Below, one piece after another: positions 12,933 through 23,397 of a stretch of 64,000 bases of DNA. Source of the stretch: Carpediemonas membranifera BICM (taxonomy: Eukaryota; Protista; Fornicata); NCBI GenBank assembly GCA_019828565.1, contig JAHDYR010000009.1:289647-353646 (forward strand), read 5' to 3'. The stretch's first letter is position 1. Each line of letters starts with the position of its first letter. The notes beneath the pieces were generated by a model that was not told where the DNA came from, searched no databases, and saw nothing but the letters and a program-made list of their open reading frames with translations. Both the position numbers and the translations under genes were made by a program.

Positions 12933-14516
12933 ATGGCACGAGAGTTGGTGCTAGACAGCAGCCAACGCCATCTGGAGCGATATGAGAAGTATTCCGACAG
13001 CCTCTTCGGAGTTGGGCGCTTCAAAACGGTTTATCGTGCTTTCGATCATGAGGAAGGCATAGAAGTGGCTTGGAACGAGATCCAAGTTGCTGAGAAGAGC
13101 GATGAGGAGATTAAGCGTCTGTTGAGCGAGATAGAGATCATTTCGTCCATCGAACACCCATCCATTATCAACTTCTACGATGCCTGGAAGAGCGACGACG
13201 GTAACCAGGTGGTCTTCATCACAGAGGCGATGACCAGTGGCACCCTGACCGAGTACATCAAGCGTGTGACCCGTGTCAAGGCTATCCGCCCCCATGTTGT
13301 CAAGCGGTGGTGCCGCCAGGTGCTCTCTGGTCTCGACTACCTGCACAAGCACAACCCGACCATCATTCACCGCGACCTCAGCTGCGCGAACATATTTATC
13401 AACGGTAACAACGGCGAGGTGAAGATCGGCGATCTGGGCCTCTCCACATATCTCACGGGATCAAACACAAGCACGAGTATCGGGTCCCCTGGTTTCATGG
13501 CCCCTGAGCTGTACGAGGGTCCATACGACGAGCGGGTAGACATCTATTCGTTCGGGATGTGCGTCCTCGAGATGGTAACGGGGCAGGTTCCATGGGCCGA
13601 GTGCACAAACACAGTGCAGATTTACAACCGAGTCATTAACGACGAGAAGCCCGATGTGTTCGACACCATTCCTCCAGGCCCCTTCCGCTCCATGATCGAG
13701 CTCTGCCTGATGCCCCAGTCCGCTCGACCCACGGCCGCAGAGCTCCTCGCGTCACACTTCCTCGACGACGACCCTGGGTCACCCTGCTCGCAGGCTATAG
13801 CCTCCCCGACGTACCAAGTAGTCAACCTTACAGTGCACATTGAGCGGCAGGAGGATGGTGAGCGTACGACGAGCGAGATCTCTTTCCCATTCGACACTCG
13901 CCAGGACACACCGCTGTCTGTGGCCGGGGAGATGGCGAGAGAGTTCGAGCTGGACACCGGCACCCCCATGACGCTCCAGTTCGCCGAGTGCATCCAACAC
14001 GCGCTCCGCAAGACCATTGAGTTTGTCCGCCTTCACGGACCCGACGTCGAACTACCCGACTCCTGCTGCCCGACCTTCAGGATCAGAGCAGGGTCGCCCA
14101 CCGGGTCTGAGGCCGTGTACTCCCCCGGCAGGGGCCAGAGTCCTGTCAACGAGGGCTCTGACCGCAACGGCCGGGTCATCTCACCCCAGTGCCTCTTCCC
14201 GGTCGACACGCTGAGCGGCGGGGGGAGCAAGAACCCGTCTGGGGCGGTGTCGCCCGTGCCACTCTTGCTCCCGGTCGCACAACACAGTGAGTCACTGTCC
14301 TCGGCCGTTGCGGCCGCGGTGAGCGCGATGGAGCGGGAAAAGCTTGAGAAGAACCACAACCGTAGTCGGAGCGAGGTGCCCTCCCCCAACCGGTCGCTGC
14401 CACTCTCGCCGCACCTTCTGTCGCCGGCGGGGTCGGACAAGATGCGGGTGGCGAACAAGGAGGTGAGTAGCAAGATCACACATCTCGAGGAGCGTCTGCT
14501 GATGGGGCTGCCATGA
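12933..14516 (+). CDS. WNK: WNK (with-no-lysine) protein kinase
   Basis: GVGRFKTVYRAFD (Lys in the glycine-rich loop), EVAWNEI (no subdomain II Lys), FITEAMTSGTL, NIFINGNNGEVKIGDLGL, and a C-terminal EISFPFD...DTPLSVAGEM CCT-like domain. Confidence 0.92.
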   Translation: MARELVLDSSQRHLERYEKYSDSLFGVGRFKTVYRAFDHEEGIEVAWNEIQVAEKSDEEIKRLLSEIEIISSIEHPSIINFYDAWKSDDGNQVVFITEAMTSGTLTEYIKRVTRVKAIRPHVVKRWCRQVLSGLDYLHKHNPTIIHRDLSCANIFINGNNGEVKIGDLGLSTYLTGSNTSTSIGSPGFMAPELYEGPYDERVDIYSFGMCVLEMVTGQVPWAECTNTVQIYNRVINDEKPDVFDTIPPGPFRSMIELCLMPQSARPTAAELLASHFLDDDPGSPCSQAIASPTYQVVNLTVHIERQEDGERTTSEISFPFDTRQDTPLSVAGEMAREFELDTGTPMTLQFAECIQHALRKTIEFVRLHGPDVELPDSCCPTFRIRAGSPTGSEAVYSPGRGQSPVNEGSDRNGRVISPQCLFPVDTLSGGGSKNPSGAVSPVPLLLPVAQHSESLSSAVAAAVSAMEREKLEKNHNRSRSEVPSPNRSLPLSPHLLSPAGSDKMRVANKEVSSKITHLEERLLMGLP

Positions 14517-14654
14517 CGGTGTTTAGACCATATCTGTATACATACTGCATACTAGTCATATAAATAAGAGTAGGGCTACAGGACGACGTTTTCGTTCTTG
14601 AAAGAGCAGTTTATGGCTTAATCTGCACGAAGCTCGAGTTCTCTAAAACTGGTC

Positions 14655-15689
14655 ATGGAAGGAAGGAATGAGGGTGCTTCATCAACCATTAACGCCGTTG
14701 CCAACATCCTTATGTTTCCATATGGCGTTCGGCCGCTGGTATCAGTTCTGGACTCGTTTTTGACACAAAGGAAGTTTCTTATAAGCAGTCAGGACAATCC
14801 ATACGAAATAGACCCCCTATTCTACCCCAATCCACTAGATTTCTTCAACGACGAGCAGCGGAAGATCTACCTTCAGGTTATCAGAACGAAAGACAAGCTT
14901 CGTTCGCCGCTTGGGATGAAAAACATCATAGACCGCATCCAGAACTTCAAATACGTCTTCCTCTGGGAGGTTATCCGCGACATCTACGAGCTGTGCGACA
15001 ATGCCCGCACGTACAACGCCCAGTTCCAGAACATGGTCGACCACGCCAACCAGCTCGAGGTTGCGGCGTATAACACGCTCGTTCGGAACATGCTTCGTAT
15101 AATGCAGTCCAAGAACCTCCTAGACAGTGTGGGTCTGAGTGATTTAGACATTTCAGCGCTTTCCGATGACATGCTGCGGTCCATCGCCCAGGGCTACTTC
15201 CGGAAGATGGAACCGAAGATGCTGCCCTTCACATACATCAGCAACTTCATCATGAGCATGTTTGTGTGGATCGAGAAGCGGTCCGACTTTACTGCTGAGG
15301 TCCTGATGAAGGTTATGAAGCTCTCCATCGCCGAGGCAAAGAAGCTGATCAACGCCGAGAACGCCATCGAGGTGGACATCGGAAAGTACAACCACGACCA
15401 GTTCATCCAGTTTATGAACATCCTCCGGGAGTACTCGACGGACGCCATGTACAAGCACCTCGTCAAGATCCAGAAGCCCGGGCTGCCCAAGACCAAGGGC
15501 TGGGTCCACTACAACAACCAGACCATCGCCAACTTCCTCGGCGAGGGGCAGCCTGACTTGCCGCCGGCGGATTACACGGAGAAGAAGGCGTCGACGAAGG
15601 CCAAGAGGCCAGTGTCGGTCAAGACCGTGAAGCGGACGTCGACGAAGCAGCCGAAGAGGGTCAATATCAAGCTCGGGGCCAGGATCTAA
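14655..15689 (+). CDS. Bromodomain protein with a possible ET/NET domain
   Basis: SPLGMKNIIDRIQNFKY...DIYELCDNARTYN contains the conserved bromodomain Asn; the later IEVDIGKY resembles the ET domain. Confidence 0.7.
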   Translation: MEGRNEGASSTINAVANILMFPYGVRPLVSVLDSFLTQRKFLISSQDNPYEIDPLFYPNPLDFFNDEQRKIYLQVIRTKDKLRSPLGMKNIIDRIQNFKYVFLWEVIRDIYELCDNARTYNAQFQNMVDHANQLEVAAYNTLVRNMLRIMQSKNLLDSVGLSDLDISALSDDMLRSIAQGYFRKMEPKMLPFTYISNFIMSMFVWIEKRSDFTAEVLMKVMKLSIAEAKKLINAENAIEVDIGKYNHDQFIQFMNILREYSTDAMYKHLVKIQKPGLPKTKGWVHYNNQTIANFLGEGQPDLPPADYTEKKASTKAKRPVSVKTVKRTSTKQPKRVNIKLGARI

Positions 15690-16319
15690 GGGCATTTACT
15701 CTGGCTTTAGTAAACGGCTTGTGGTATCTGTTGCTCAGGCTGGGCAGAGCGTCGGCGTGGGGGATCTGTTCGACCAGAGCTCTGACAGCGACATTCAGAT
15801 TCTTCTCAGCATGGGCCAGGAGGTCATTCCAGTGGCGTGAGTCTCCAACGCTTGGCACAGCGAAGCTGGTCGTTGACGTCCCTGTTCGCACGTTTAACGC
15901 GGCCGTTGGCTTTGACGATACGGAGTCGTCACGTGGTGTACAATGTAGTGACGGAGGCAGAGCTGCTGGAAGTCAGCGGCAACGAAGCAAGCAGAGTAGG
16001 CTGGGTGTGCAATGTTTGATTAGTCGACATACAGCTGGAAAAGCTGATACAGCTCGCTGCCGACACAAATTCCGAGTGAGTCATGACCTGAAAGCGCCAT
16101 TACACGAATCAATATCGGAGAATACGCGGACTCCGTTTGACTGCTTAGGGCGCATGACGACGAGGGTGAGCTCACTGCCCGCCACATGACCAAGCGAGGG
16201 GACCCATGATTTATGCGATTACACGAGTGTGATAAGGTTGATATGATGCCGCGACAGCCAGAATCTTCAGACTTCTGTTGACCAATCTCGGCTATTCGAG
16301 TTCCAGAAGACAACAAGCG

Positions 16320-17849
16320 ATGTTCTGTGTCGGTGCCGGTTCTGGTTCTGCTCCCAAGGCTGCTGCCGTGACTTCTTCTAAGAAGGGCGAAGTTAAACTC
16401 ACCGAATACGCCCAGGGCCTTGGCTGCGCCTGCAAGATGCCCAGTTCCATGCTCACGCAGGTCCTCAGCGCTGTACAGCGTGAACAGGGCAACGATCCTA
16501 ATCTTATCATTGGCAATGAGACGAACGACGATTGTTCCGTCTACAAGGTCTCTGACGATCTCGCCATCGTGAACACAACGGACTTCTTCCCCCCAATTGT
16601 CGACGATCCCTACGATTTTGGCCGTATTGCCGCCGCAAACGCGCTCTCCGACATCTATGCGATGGGCGCCGAGCCTATGACGGCCCTTTCGATCTGCACC
16701 TTCTGCCCCGACAAGCTCGACATCTCCATCCTCACCAAGATCCTCCAGGGCGCCAACGACACCGCCACTGAGGCTGGTATCACCATTGGTGGAGGCCACA
16801 CTCTCCGCGACGTCGAGCCTAAGTTCGGGCTGGCCGTCACCGGCCGCGTTCACCCCGACCTCATCATCCGCAACGTTGGCGCCGAGCCGGGCGACGTCCT
16901 TGTGCTCACCAAGCCTCTGGGTGTAGGTATGCTCACCCGCACCGCCAAGCTCGGCATTGTTCCCGACATTAAGGACGCCATTGCTCAGATGACCACGCTC
17001 AATGCCGCTGCTTCCCGTGCTGCCGTCAAGGTCCACACGGACACCAAGGCCGTCCACGCCATGACCGACGTCACTGGATTCGGCCTTGCCGGCCATCTGA
17101 CCGAGATGCTCGGCTCTGCCCGTGACGCCACCGTCACCCACCTCCCCACCCTCCCCGCCGCCGTCCAGGCCCTCGCCGACCACGGCAAGCGTGTCCTCTC
17201 CGGCGGCGCGTACACCAACAGCGGCTCCGTCGGCGACCGTCTCCTGGCGCCCAAGGCCGGTCCCTTCGACCTGGCCCACTTCTGCCTTGACCCCCAGACC
17301 TCTGGCGGCCTCCTCATGTCGGTCGCCCCCGATCAGAAGGACGCCCTCCTCGCTGCTCTCGAGGACGAGGGCGTCTCCGGTGTCGTGATCGGTGCCGTGT
17401 CAGCCGGTACCGGTGTTATCCGTCTCCCTGGCGCCGACCTCGCGCCCTACCGCCTGACCCGCCCCTACACGGCCCCGCCCACGCAGGAGATCGTCAAGGG
17501 CCGCGCCATCTTCGTCAAGTCCGACCTCACCGGGCACGTTAAGGATCCTAAGGACCAGGGTCTCGGCTACAAGCTCATGGTTGGCGCTCTCATGAATCTC
17601 TCGAAGAAGCCGAAGCTGCCCGAGAAGATCATGCTCGTCGGTAGCGCTGCACTCATGGCATGCGAAGGCCACGAGGGCTATGAGGTGGCCCTTGATGCGC
17701 TGAAGACCATGGACGCTGCCGGCGTCGACGTCATGGTGTGTGTGACCTGCACGGATTGGTTCAAGGCCGAGAACGCGGTCGGCCGCATCGTTACGGCAGT
17801 GGATGTGACTGACGTTCTGTCGACCCATGACGTTGTCACTCTAGCTTAA
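16320..17849 (+). CDS. selD: Selenophosphate synthetase (Cys form) fused to a C-terminal DsrE/YedF-like domain
   Basis: LTEYAQGLGCACK, TTDFFPPIVDDPYDFGRIAAANALSDIYAMG, GGHT, TDVTGFGLAGHL and DPQTSGGLL. The extra ~120 aa contain LGYKLM...PEKIMLV...GVDVMVCVTC. Confidence 0.93.
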   Translation: MFCVGAGSGSAPKAAAVTSSKKGEVKLTEYAQGLGCACKMPSSMLTQVLSAVQREQGNDPNLIIGNETNDDCSVYKVSDDLAIVNTTDFFPPIVDDPYDFGRIAAANALSDIYAMGAEPMTALSICTFCPDKLDISILTKILQGANDTATEAGITIGGGHTLRDVEPKFGLAVTGRVHPDLIIRNVGAEPGDVLVLTKPLGVGMLTRTAKLGIVPDIKDAIAQMTTLNAAASRAAVKVHTDTKAVHAMTDVTGFGLAGHLTEMLGSARDATVTHLPTLPAAVQALADHGKRVLSGGAYTNSGSVGDRLLAPKAGPFDLAHFCLDPQTSGGLLMSVAPDQKDALLAALEDEGVSGVVIGAVSAGTGVIRLPGADLAPYRLTRPYTAPPTQEIVKGRAIFVKSDLTGHVKDPKDQGLGYKLMVGALMNLSKKPKLPEKIMLVGSAALMACEGHEGYEVALDALKTMDAAGVDVMVCVTCTDWFKAENAVGRIVTAVDVTDVLSTHDVVTLA

Positions 17850-18851
17850 ATTAGCTTAGTGTTTTACGTGCAGTTTAAAGCGGTGGAGGGGTACCCACAT
17901 CAATGCGGGTGAGGATATACGTGTGTCCTTGGCCCGGGGACGATGAGGTCTATGCAGTGGACTTCCAGCAGTTGGGCTGAGTCGATCACGTCTGGAGTGA
18001 ACTCCACGTTTGGACGGTTTCGCTGCTTAGCACAAGCCAAGGCAGCCCGCGAAGTCGTCATTGATTCACGCCTGGCGTCCTCACGACCTAACGATTACCT
18101 TATGATCAGTGAGCTGTCGCGCATCACTGCCTGATAGCTTGTGGCAGGGTGATCATGCTCCACGCGTCTATCTAGACGCACCACAATGGTCGTCCAGGCG
18201 ACGGTTGGTGAGCTACGACTGATGGTTGAGCGGGACTGGCTACATGCGCCGACTCCCGGAGACTCGCCATAAACTGCACGTTCCAGACGAAAAATGACCA
18301 AAATTCTCTCAGCCTCTGCTGAGTCTGAGGACTCGTATGCCACACACACAACACATAGAGCAGTAGAAAGTTCAGATCTCTGTCCTTCAGATGTTTCGAT
18401 GCGAATGCAGATTGATTCGATCATGTTCCCCGTGCTCTCGTTCATCAAGCATGCAGGAGTAGGAAACCTCGTCGATCGGCAGAAGAGATACCTATCTGAT
18501 AAGACTGGCATTCCTATTTACAAGCCAAACGCCATCGACATCACGAAATCCCGCATCCCGCACCAATCCACCCCGATGGGCGACCGTATGCCCGAGGACG
18601 TCGGCCGGCACATGTACAACAGACTGGAAATAGCAGTAGATGACATCAAGGGCGGGCTGGACTGGACTGTGGCTGATGGGTGTGTCCTGTTTGACACAAA
18701 AGTCTGATGTGCGCAGGTTTTGGCTGAATGGATACATGCGGCAACGAATATGACTGGTCGCCATCGATATGCCCCCCTCCCCAAGCTGACATGCCCCGCC
18801 CTGAATCTGACCGGACAGGATAAGGCACGACGATTCGCTCTTTGCGCCGAC

Positions 18852-19469
18852 ATGCCAATCCAGGTGACGAGACGCAATCAAGCTGCCACTATCCATGTAT
18901 CCGGACTTGATCCGAAGGTTACCGAGGAGCTTTTGTGCGAGCTCTTCATACAGGCCGCTCCCGTCGTCTCGGTTAACATTCCTCTGCCGGACAAGATCAC
19001 TGGCAAGCCTAGAGACTTTGGTAAGTAAGATTGAGTAAGATTGAATTCCGCAATGAAGCCGATGCAGAGTATGCGATGGATATCATGAACGGCATCAAGC
19101 TTTTTGGCCAACCATTGAAGCTGAACCCAGCTGACCGCGACAACACGTCCGCATCCTCCGTACTCGGCGCTAACCTGTTCGTGGGCAACCTGGATGCCAC
19201 TGTGGACGAGAAGATGCTGCAGGACCCCCTTCTCCTTCTCTATGTTCGGCAAGCTTCTGGGCAAGCCCCGTATCATGCGGGACGACTCGATGCGGACGAG
19301 GGGCTTCGGGTTCGTCGTGTTCGAGTCGTTCAAGTCAGCTGATGCGGCCATCGAGGGCATGAACAACCAGAACCTGGGGGGCCGTCGGCTCACCGTGTCC
19401 CACTCGACCAGGAGGGACGGCAGGACGCGGCACGGGACAGAAGAGGAGCGGAAGCTGGTCGACGGATGA
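18852..19469 (+). CDS. SF3B4: Splicing factor SF3B4/Hsh49 (two RRMs); frame broken twice in this assembly
   Basis: RNQAATIHVSGLDPKVTEELLCELFIQA, DAEYAMDIMNGIKLFGQPL, GANLFVGNLD, GFGFVVFESFKSADAAIEGMN and RHGTEEER. Frame shifts near 19021-19040 and 19225-19245. Confidence 0.8.
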
Positions 19470-19940
19470 GGGGCGGGAAGACCAGGGTGGGTTTGGGGTG
19501 GAGGATGCTTGGGAAGGGAGGGTGTTGAAGTGATCATTGCAGTGTCGCCACTGGCCAGGCTATAGCATATTTACAAGGTAAAGAGCACTTATCCCCTTCC
19601 TTTCCTTACACACCCCTGGGTCGCGCCATGAGCGACCCACGAGACATGTTCACCGGCTTTGGCGGCCAAGAGACGACAGGGAAGGTATCTGATGATTTCG
19701 TTGAGACCACCACGGAGAAGGACCGTGCTGCAATGCGAGCAAGAACAAGATTTACCATGCACCTCATCACCCGCCACATTTCCGGACCCCGAGTTCGACT
19801 GGATCGGCCGGACAACACTGCGGCCCCAGCCACCCGCCTCAGAGGCCAGGGAGCCGCGGGCAGACCCCCTCTCGCACATGGGCCCTGGTCTAGGGGGTCA
19901 TCGATTGATCAGGTGTCATTCCTATTCGAAGAACGAAACA

Positions 19941-21021
19941 ATGTTTGGAGGCTTCGGAGCTCAAAACAGTAATCGTGCGTACATTCCTAAGCCTTTATAC
20001 AGAACCTCCGCCTGATAGCGGTGAGACTATGGTTATCTCTTCTCTCGCACTCTTGAAAATGCTCAAACACGGCCGTGCTGGCGTCCCCATCGAGGTTATG
20101 GGCCTCATGCTTGGAGAATTCGTTGATGACTACACAATCCATGTCGTGGACGTCTTTGCTATGCCACAGACGGGCACTGGCGTCTCCGTGGAGGCCGTCG
20201 ACGAGGTATTCCAGACCAAGATGCTCGAGGCGCTCAAGCAGGTGGGCCGCAAGGAGTCTGTCGTCGGCTGGTACCACTCTCACCCCGGCTTCGGCTGCTG
20301 GCTCTCTGGCGTGGACCAGCAGACGCAGCAGATGTTCGAGCAGCTTCACCCCCGCGCCGTCGCCGTCGTCGTCGACCCGATCCAGTCTGTCCGCGGCAAG
20401 GTGGTTATCGACGCCTTCCGCCTGATCCCCCACATGGTCATGATGACTGGCGCCGACTACCGGCAGACGACGTCCAACCGCGGCTTCCTGACGAAGCCGT
20501 CTATCCAGGCCGTCGTGCACGGGCTCAACAGACAGTACTACTCCCTCCCGGTGGAGTTCAAGAAGAACGAGCTGGAGCGGCAGATGCTTCTCAACCTGAA
20601 CGCTGAGTCGTGGGACAGCGTGCTCTCACTGGGGAACACCAGGGAAGACGGGAAGGACACCACGGCTAAGCTCAAGAGCCTCATCAACCTCGCCGGCGTG
20701 TACACAGCGCATCTGACGAAGGAGAAGAAGGACGCCGAGGAATACGCCAAGGAGAAGGCCGAGAAGGAGGCCAAGGGCGAGGAGACGAAGGAGGAGGAGG
20801 CTGACGTCGACATGGACGCCGGACCAGAGCTCAAGGACACGGACGACGCGGACGAGCGGGCGGACAAGGTGAAGGCCCGCAAGGAGGCCAAGCTCCGCCA
20901 GCTGAGGCGCACTGTCGGGCGGCTGGACCCCGTTCGCCACCTCGAGGAGGAGAGCGACGACCTCGCCCTGACGTCGGTGCGGCGGGCGGTGACGATGATC
21001 ATGAACATTGCCAGCATGTAA
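19941..21021 (+). CDS. RPN11: 26S proteasome deubiquitinase RPN11/PSMD14, one short intron ending at 20002
   Basis: [27 protein letters not shown] and JAMM motif [16 protein letters not shown]. The ATG at 19941 joins via a GT..AG intron of 28 or 34 nt. Confidence 0.95.
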
Positions 21022-21389
21022 ATGAAGTATATGGGCAGGGTCCCGCTTAAATGGGCGGGCGGGTCCTAGGGAACTTCTGATTCGAGGCGCGAGACAAGAA
21101 GTAGCTTGCGGATGTCCGTCTTTCGGGCCTCTGCAAGGTCTCCGTGATACTGATCGACTCACCATCGAAGTCAGCCCAAGACGCATTCCAGTCGTGCCGC
21201 GTCTGACACGCGCTGGGTTACCCAGAGGCATATCTGATCTTACCCGATTCGACCTGCGTTACAGAACCCACGCAGAAGACATGATCCGCCCATTTTATAA
21301 GCCAAGGTCAACCTCCCTTCCATGCCCGTCTTGGCACGAGATCGAATCATTTGTGCCGACTTCTGGACGTTCAACCACGGTCAGAGGCG

Positions 21390-23135
21390 ATGGCGTATGC
21401 ATCATTTGTGGAGAAGCTGCAGCTCCTTGCTGTCTACGCCGATATATTATGCAATGAAACGCCCGGTGACGTTCCCGGCTTGCTTCGTAATGCTCTCAGC
21501 CGGTTGAATACGAAAAAGGACGTGGTGCAGCCGCCCTATCAGCTCCAGCTCCCCGATGACTACACGCTAGACAACCTTCGCTCAGATATTCTTGAAGTGA
21601 TGGCCACAGCGATGTCATCGAGCTCTCTGGCGGACCGCATCCTCCAATCCTCCCTTGCTTCAGCGGGAGGCATCCTCTCCACAGGTGCCAACCTCAGCAT
21701 GAACATCCCGGACAACAAGCTGCCAACCGCCATCTACACCCTCCTACAGACGACTATCTGGGCCATTCTGATGCGAGCTGGGGCTGATCCGGCCATTGAT
21801 GCCGTTGACGACGACCCCACAGAGTTGGACCAGACCTGTCCGCATGAGGACGCTGAGGCCATGAAGTCCAAGGCCGCTGACCGCAAGATCATGTGGTTTA
21901 TGTGCAAGAAGTTCCTGTCTACGGCCTTTGCCGCCGAGAGGGATGGGAATAACAGGAGATCGCTGGACGACACCGTCATGTGCTACGGCGGGCGTCTCTT
22001 CACGAACGAAGAGGAGAACGTCGCTCTCGTCTCCGCCCCGTCCTCGGAGCGGCACTTCCACCGCATTCGGGTCCCGGGCGTCGTCGACTACCGCTGGGCG
22101 AACGGCTTCCTCATATCGACCTCCCAGGGCCTCTTTGCTGTTGGAGACAACGACAGCGGCCGCCTAGGCGTTCTCGGCGAGCGTCGTCTCGTCTCTACGC
22201 CCGCCCGGATCACCTTCCCCGCCGCCCCGGACGTGTCAGCCCACGAGGCGTCCCTCCCCCGCCACCGCAAGCACGGCCTGGTGATCGACATGTGGCTCGA
22301 GTGGAACCACTCTGTCATCCGCACCCCGCTCGGCCTCCTCGGGGCGGGGTCGAACAGCAGGACGGAGCTCCACACGGACGCCCACAGACGGGTGCTCCCC
22401 TCGTACATCCACCTCACGTCGTTCCCTGCCTGCCCCGAGTCTGCCACTGTCTTTGTAACTGTCGGCTCGATTGGGATCAAGCCCACGATCGCAGTCGCCT
22501 CCAACGGCCTCTGTGTCGTCCGGGCCCAGGGTCTCCGTCTACCCTCACTCGACCACTCGGGCGAGCTTCCCTTCCACGTCGACCGGATCCACTATGTCCA
22601 CGGCTCATCGGGCATCGCGGCCATGTTCCTCAACCATGCCACGGCCATCCTCTTCGGGCCCGTCCCTGACTTGTTTGTCCCGTTTGTCGGCGCTGAGCTG
22701 CTCGGTACACCCACCCCGCTGTCGTTCCCTTGGCCCATTCGACGCCTGGCCTGCGTCGGGTCATCGTTTTACGCCGAGAACATTGTCGGAGAGTGGTATG
22801 CCATGGGCAGCAACGTTAAGGGCAGGTTGGGCGTCGGGGTGGGCCAGACCCATGTCCCGTGGTGGAAACGCCTCGAGTTCGGCCCTGGTCTCACTCCTGA
22901 GGAGGCATCTGTCGAGTCGGTGTGGAGTTATAACTACAGCATGTGGTTTACATTCAACAACGGTACCACTGTGGGGTTCGGCGACAACATCTACCAGTCT
23001 AGACCGACACTCGGCTGTGGGGCAGAGACTGACACAGTTGCTACCCCCATGAGCGTCACTGGGCGCAGGGTCGTCATCCCTCGGCGTGTGGTGCTGTGGG
23101 AGTTGGACGCTGACAAGCATACTGTGGTCGGGTGA
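21390..23135 (+). CDS. RCC1/BLIP-II-like repeat protein
   Basis: GLFAVGDNDSGRLG, YAMGSNVKGRLG and VGFGDN repeats. Confidence 0.6.
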   Translation: MAYASFVEKLQLLAVYADILCNETPGDVPGLLRNALSRLNTKKDVVQPPYQLQLPDDYTLDNLRSDILEVMATAMSSSSLADRILQSSLASAGGILSTGANLSMNIPDNKLPTAIYTLLQTTIWAILMRAGADPAIDAVDDDPTELDQTCPHEDAEAMKSKAADRKIMWFMCKKFLSTAFAAERDGNNRRSLDDTVMCYGGRLFTNEEENVALVSAPSSERHFHRIRVPGVVDYRWANGFLISTSQGLFAVGDNDSGRLGVLGERRLVSTPARITFPAAPDVSAHEASLPRHRKHGLVIDMWLEWNHSVIRTPLGLLGAGSNSRTELHTDAHRRVLPSYIHLTSFPACPESATVFVTVGSIGIKPTIAVASNGLCVVRAQGLRLPSLDHSGELPFHVDRIHYVHGSSGIAAMFLNHATAILFGPVPDLFVPFVGAELLGTPTPLSFPWPIRRLACVGSSFYAENIVGEWYAMGSNVKGRLGVGVGQTHVPWWKRLEFGPGLTPEEASVESVWSYNYSMWFTFNNGTTVGFGDNIYQSRPTLGCGAETDTVATPMSVTGRRVVIPRRVVLWELDADKHTVVG

Positions 23136-23397
23136 GGGACGCGTGTAAATCATGTTACGTGGCGCACTGGTCTGAGTTTCAGTGGTTGAACCTGCTGCAA
23201 TTGGTCCGACAGAAGCACTCACGAGCACCTGCTCAGAAACGGCGCGGGTGGAGGGGCGCGGCTCGTCACAGGAATACATAGTGTAATGCTCAGTACTACA
23301 GCCACTGCGCTCAAACTCCTCAGTTCTTGAGTTTCACTTTCGTTCATAGCCGCTTTACGTAATTACGTGAAGGCGCATAAAGGCATTTGGAGACGCC

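Noticed and set aside
16020-17279. 419-aa minus-strand ORF and similar antisense ORFs over RPN11, Rad21, syntaxin and the RT
   Set aside because: Shadow ORFs caused by GC-rich codon bias opposite well-supported genes.
16320-18300. Selenocysteine recoding, SECIS or tRNA-Sec near selD
   Set aside because: The active site is encoded by Cys codons, the ORF ends in TAA, and I could not identify a convincing SECIS or tRNA fold.
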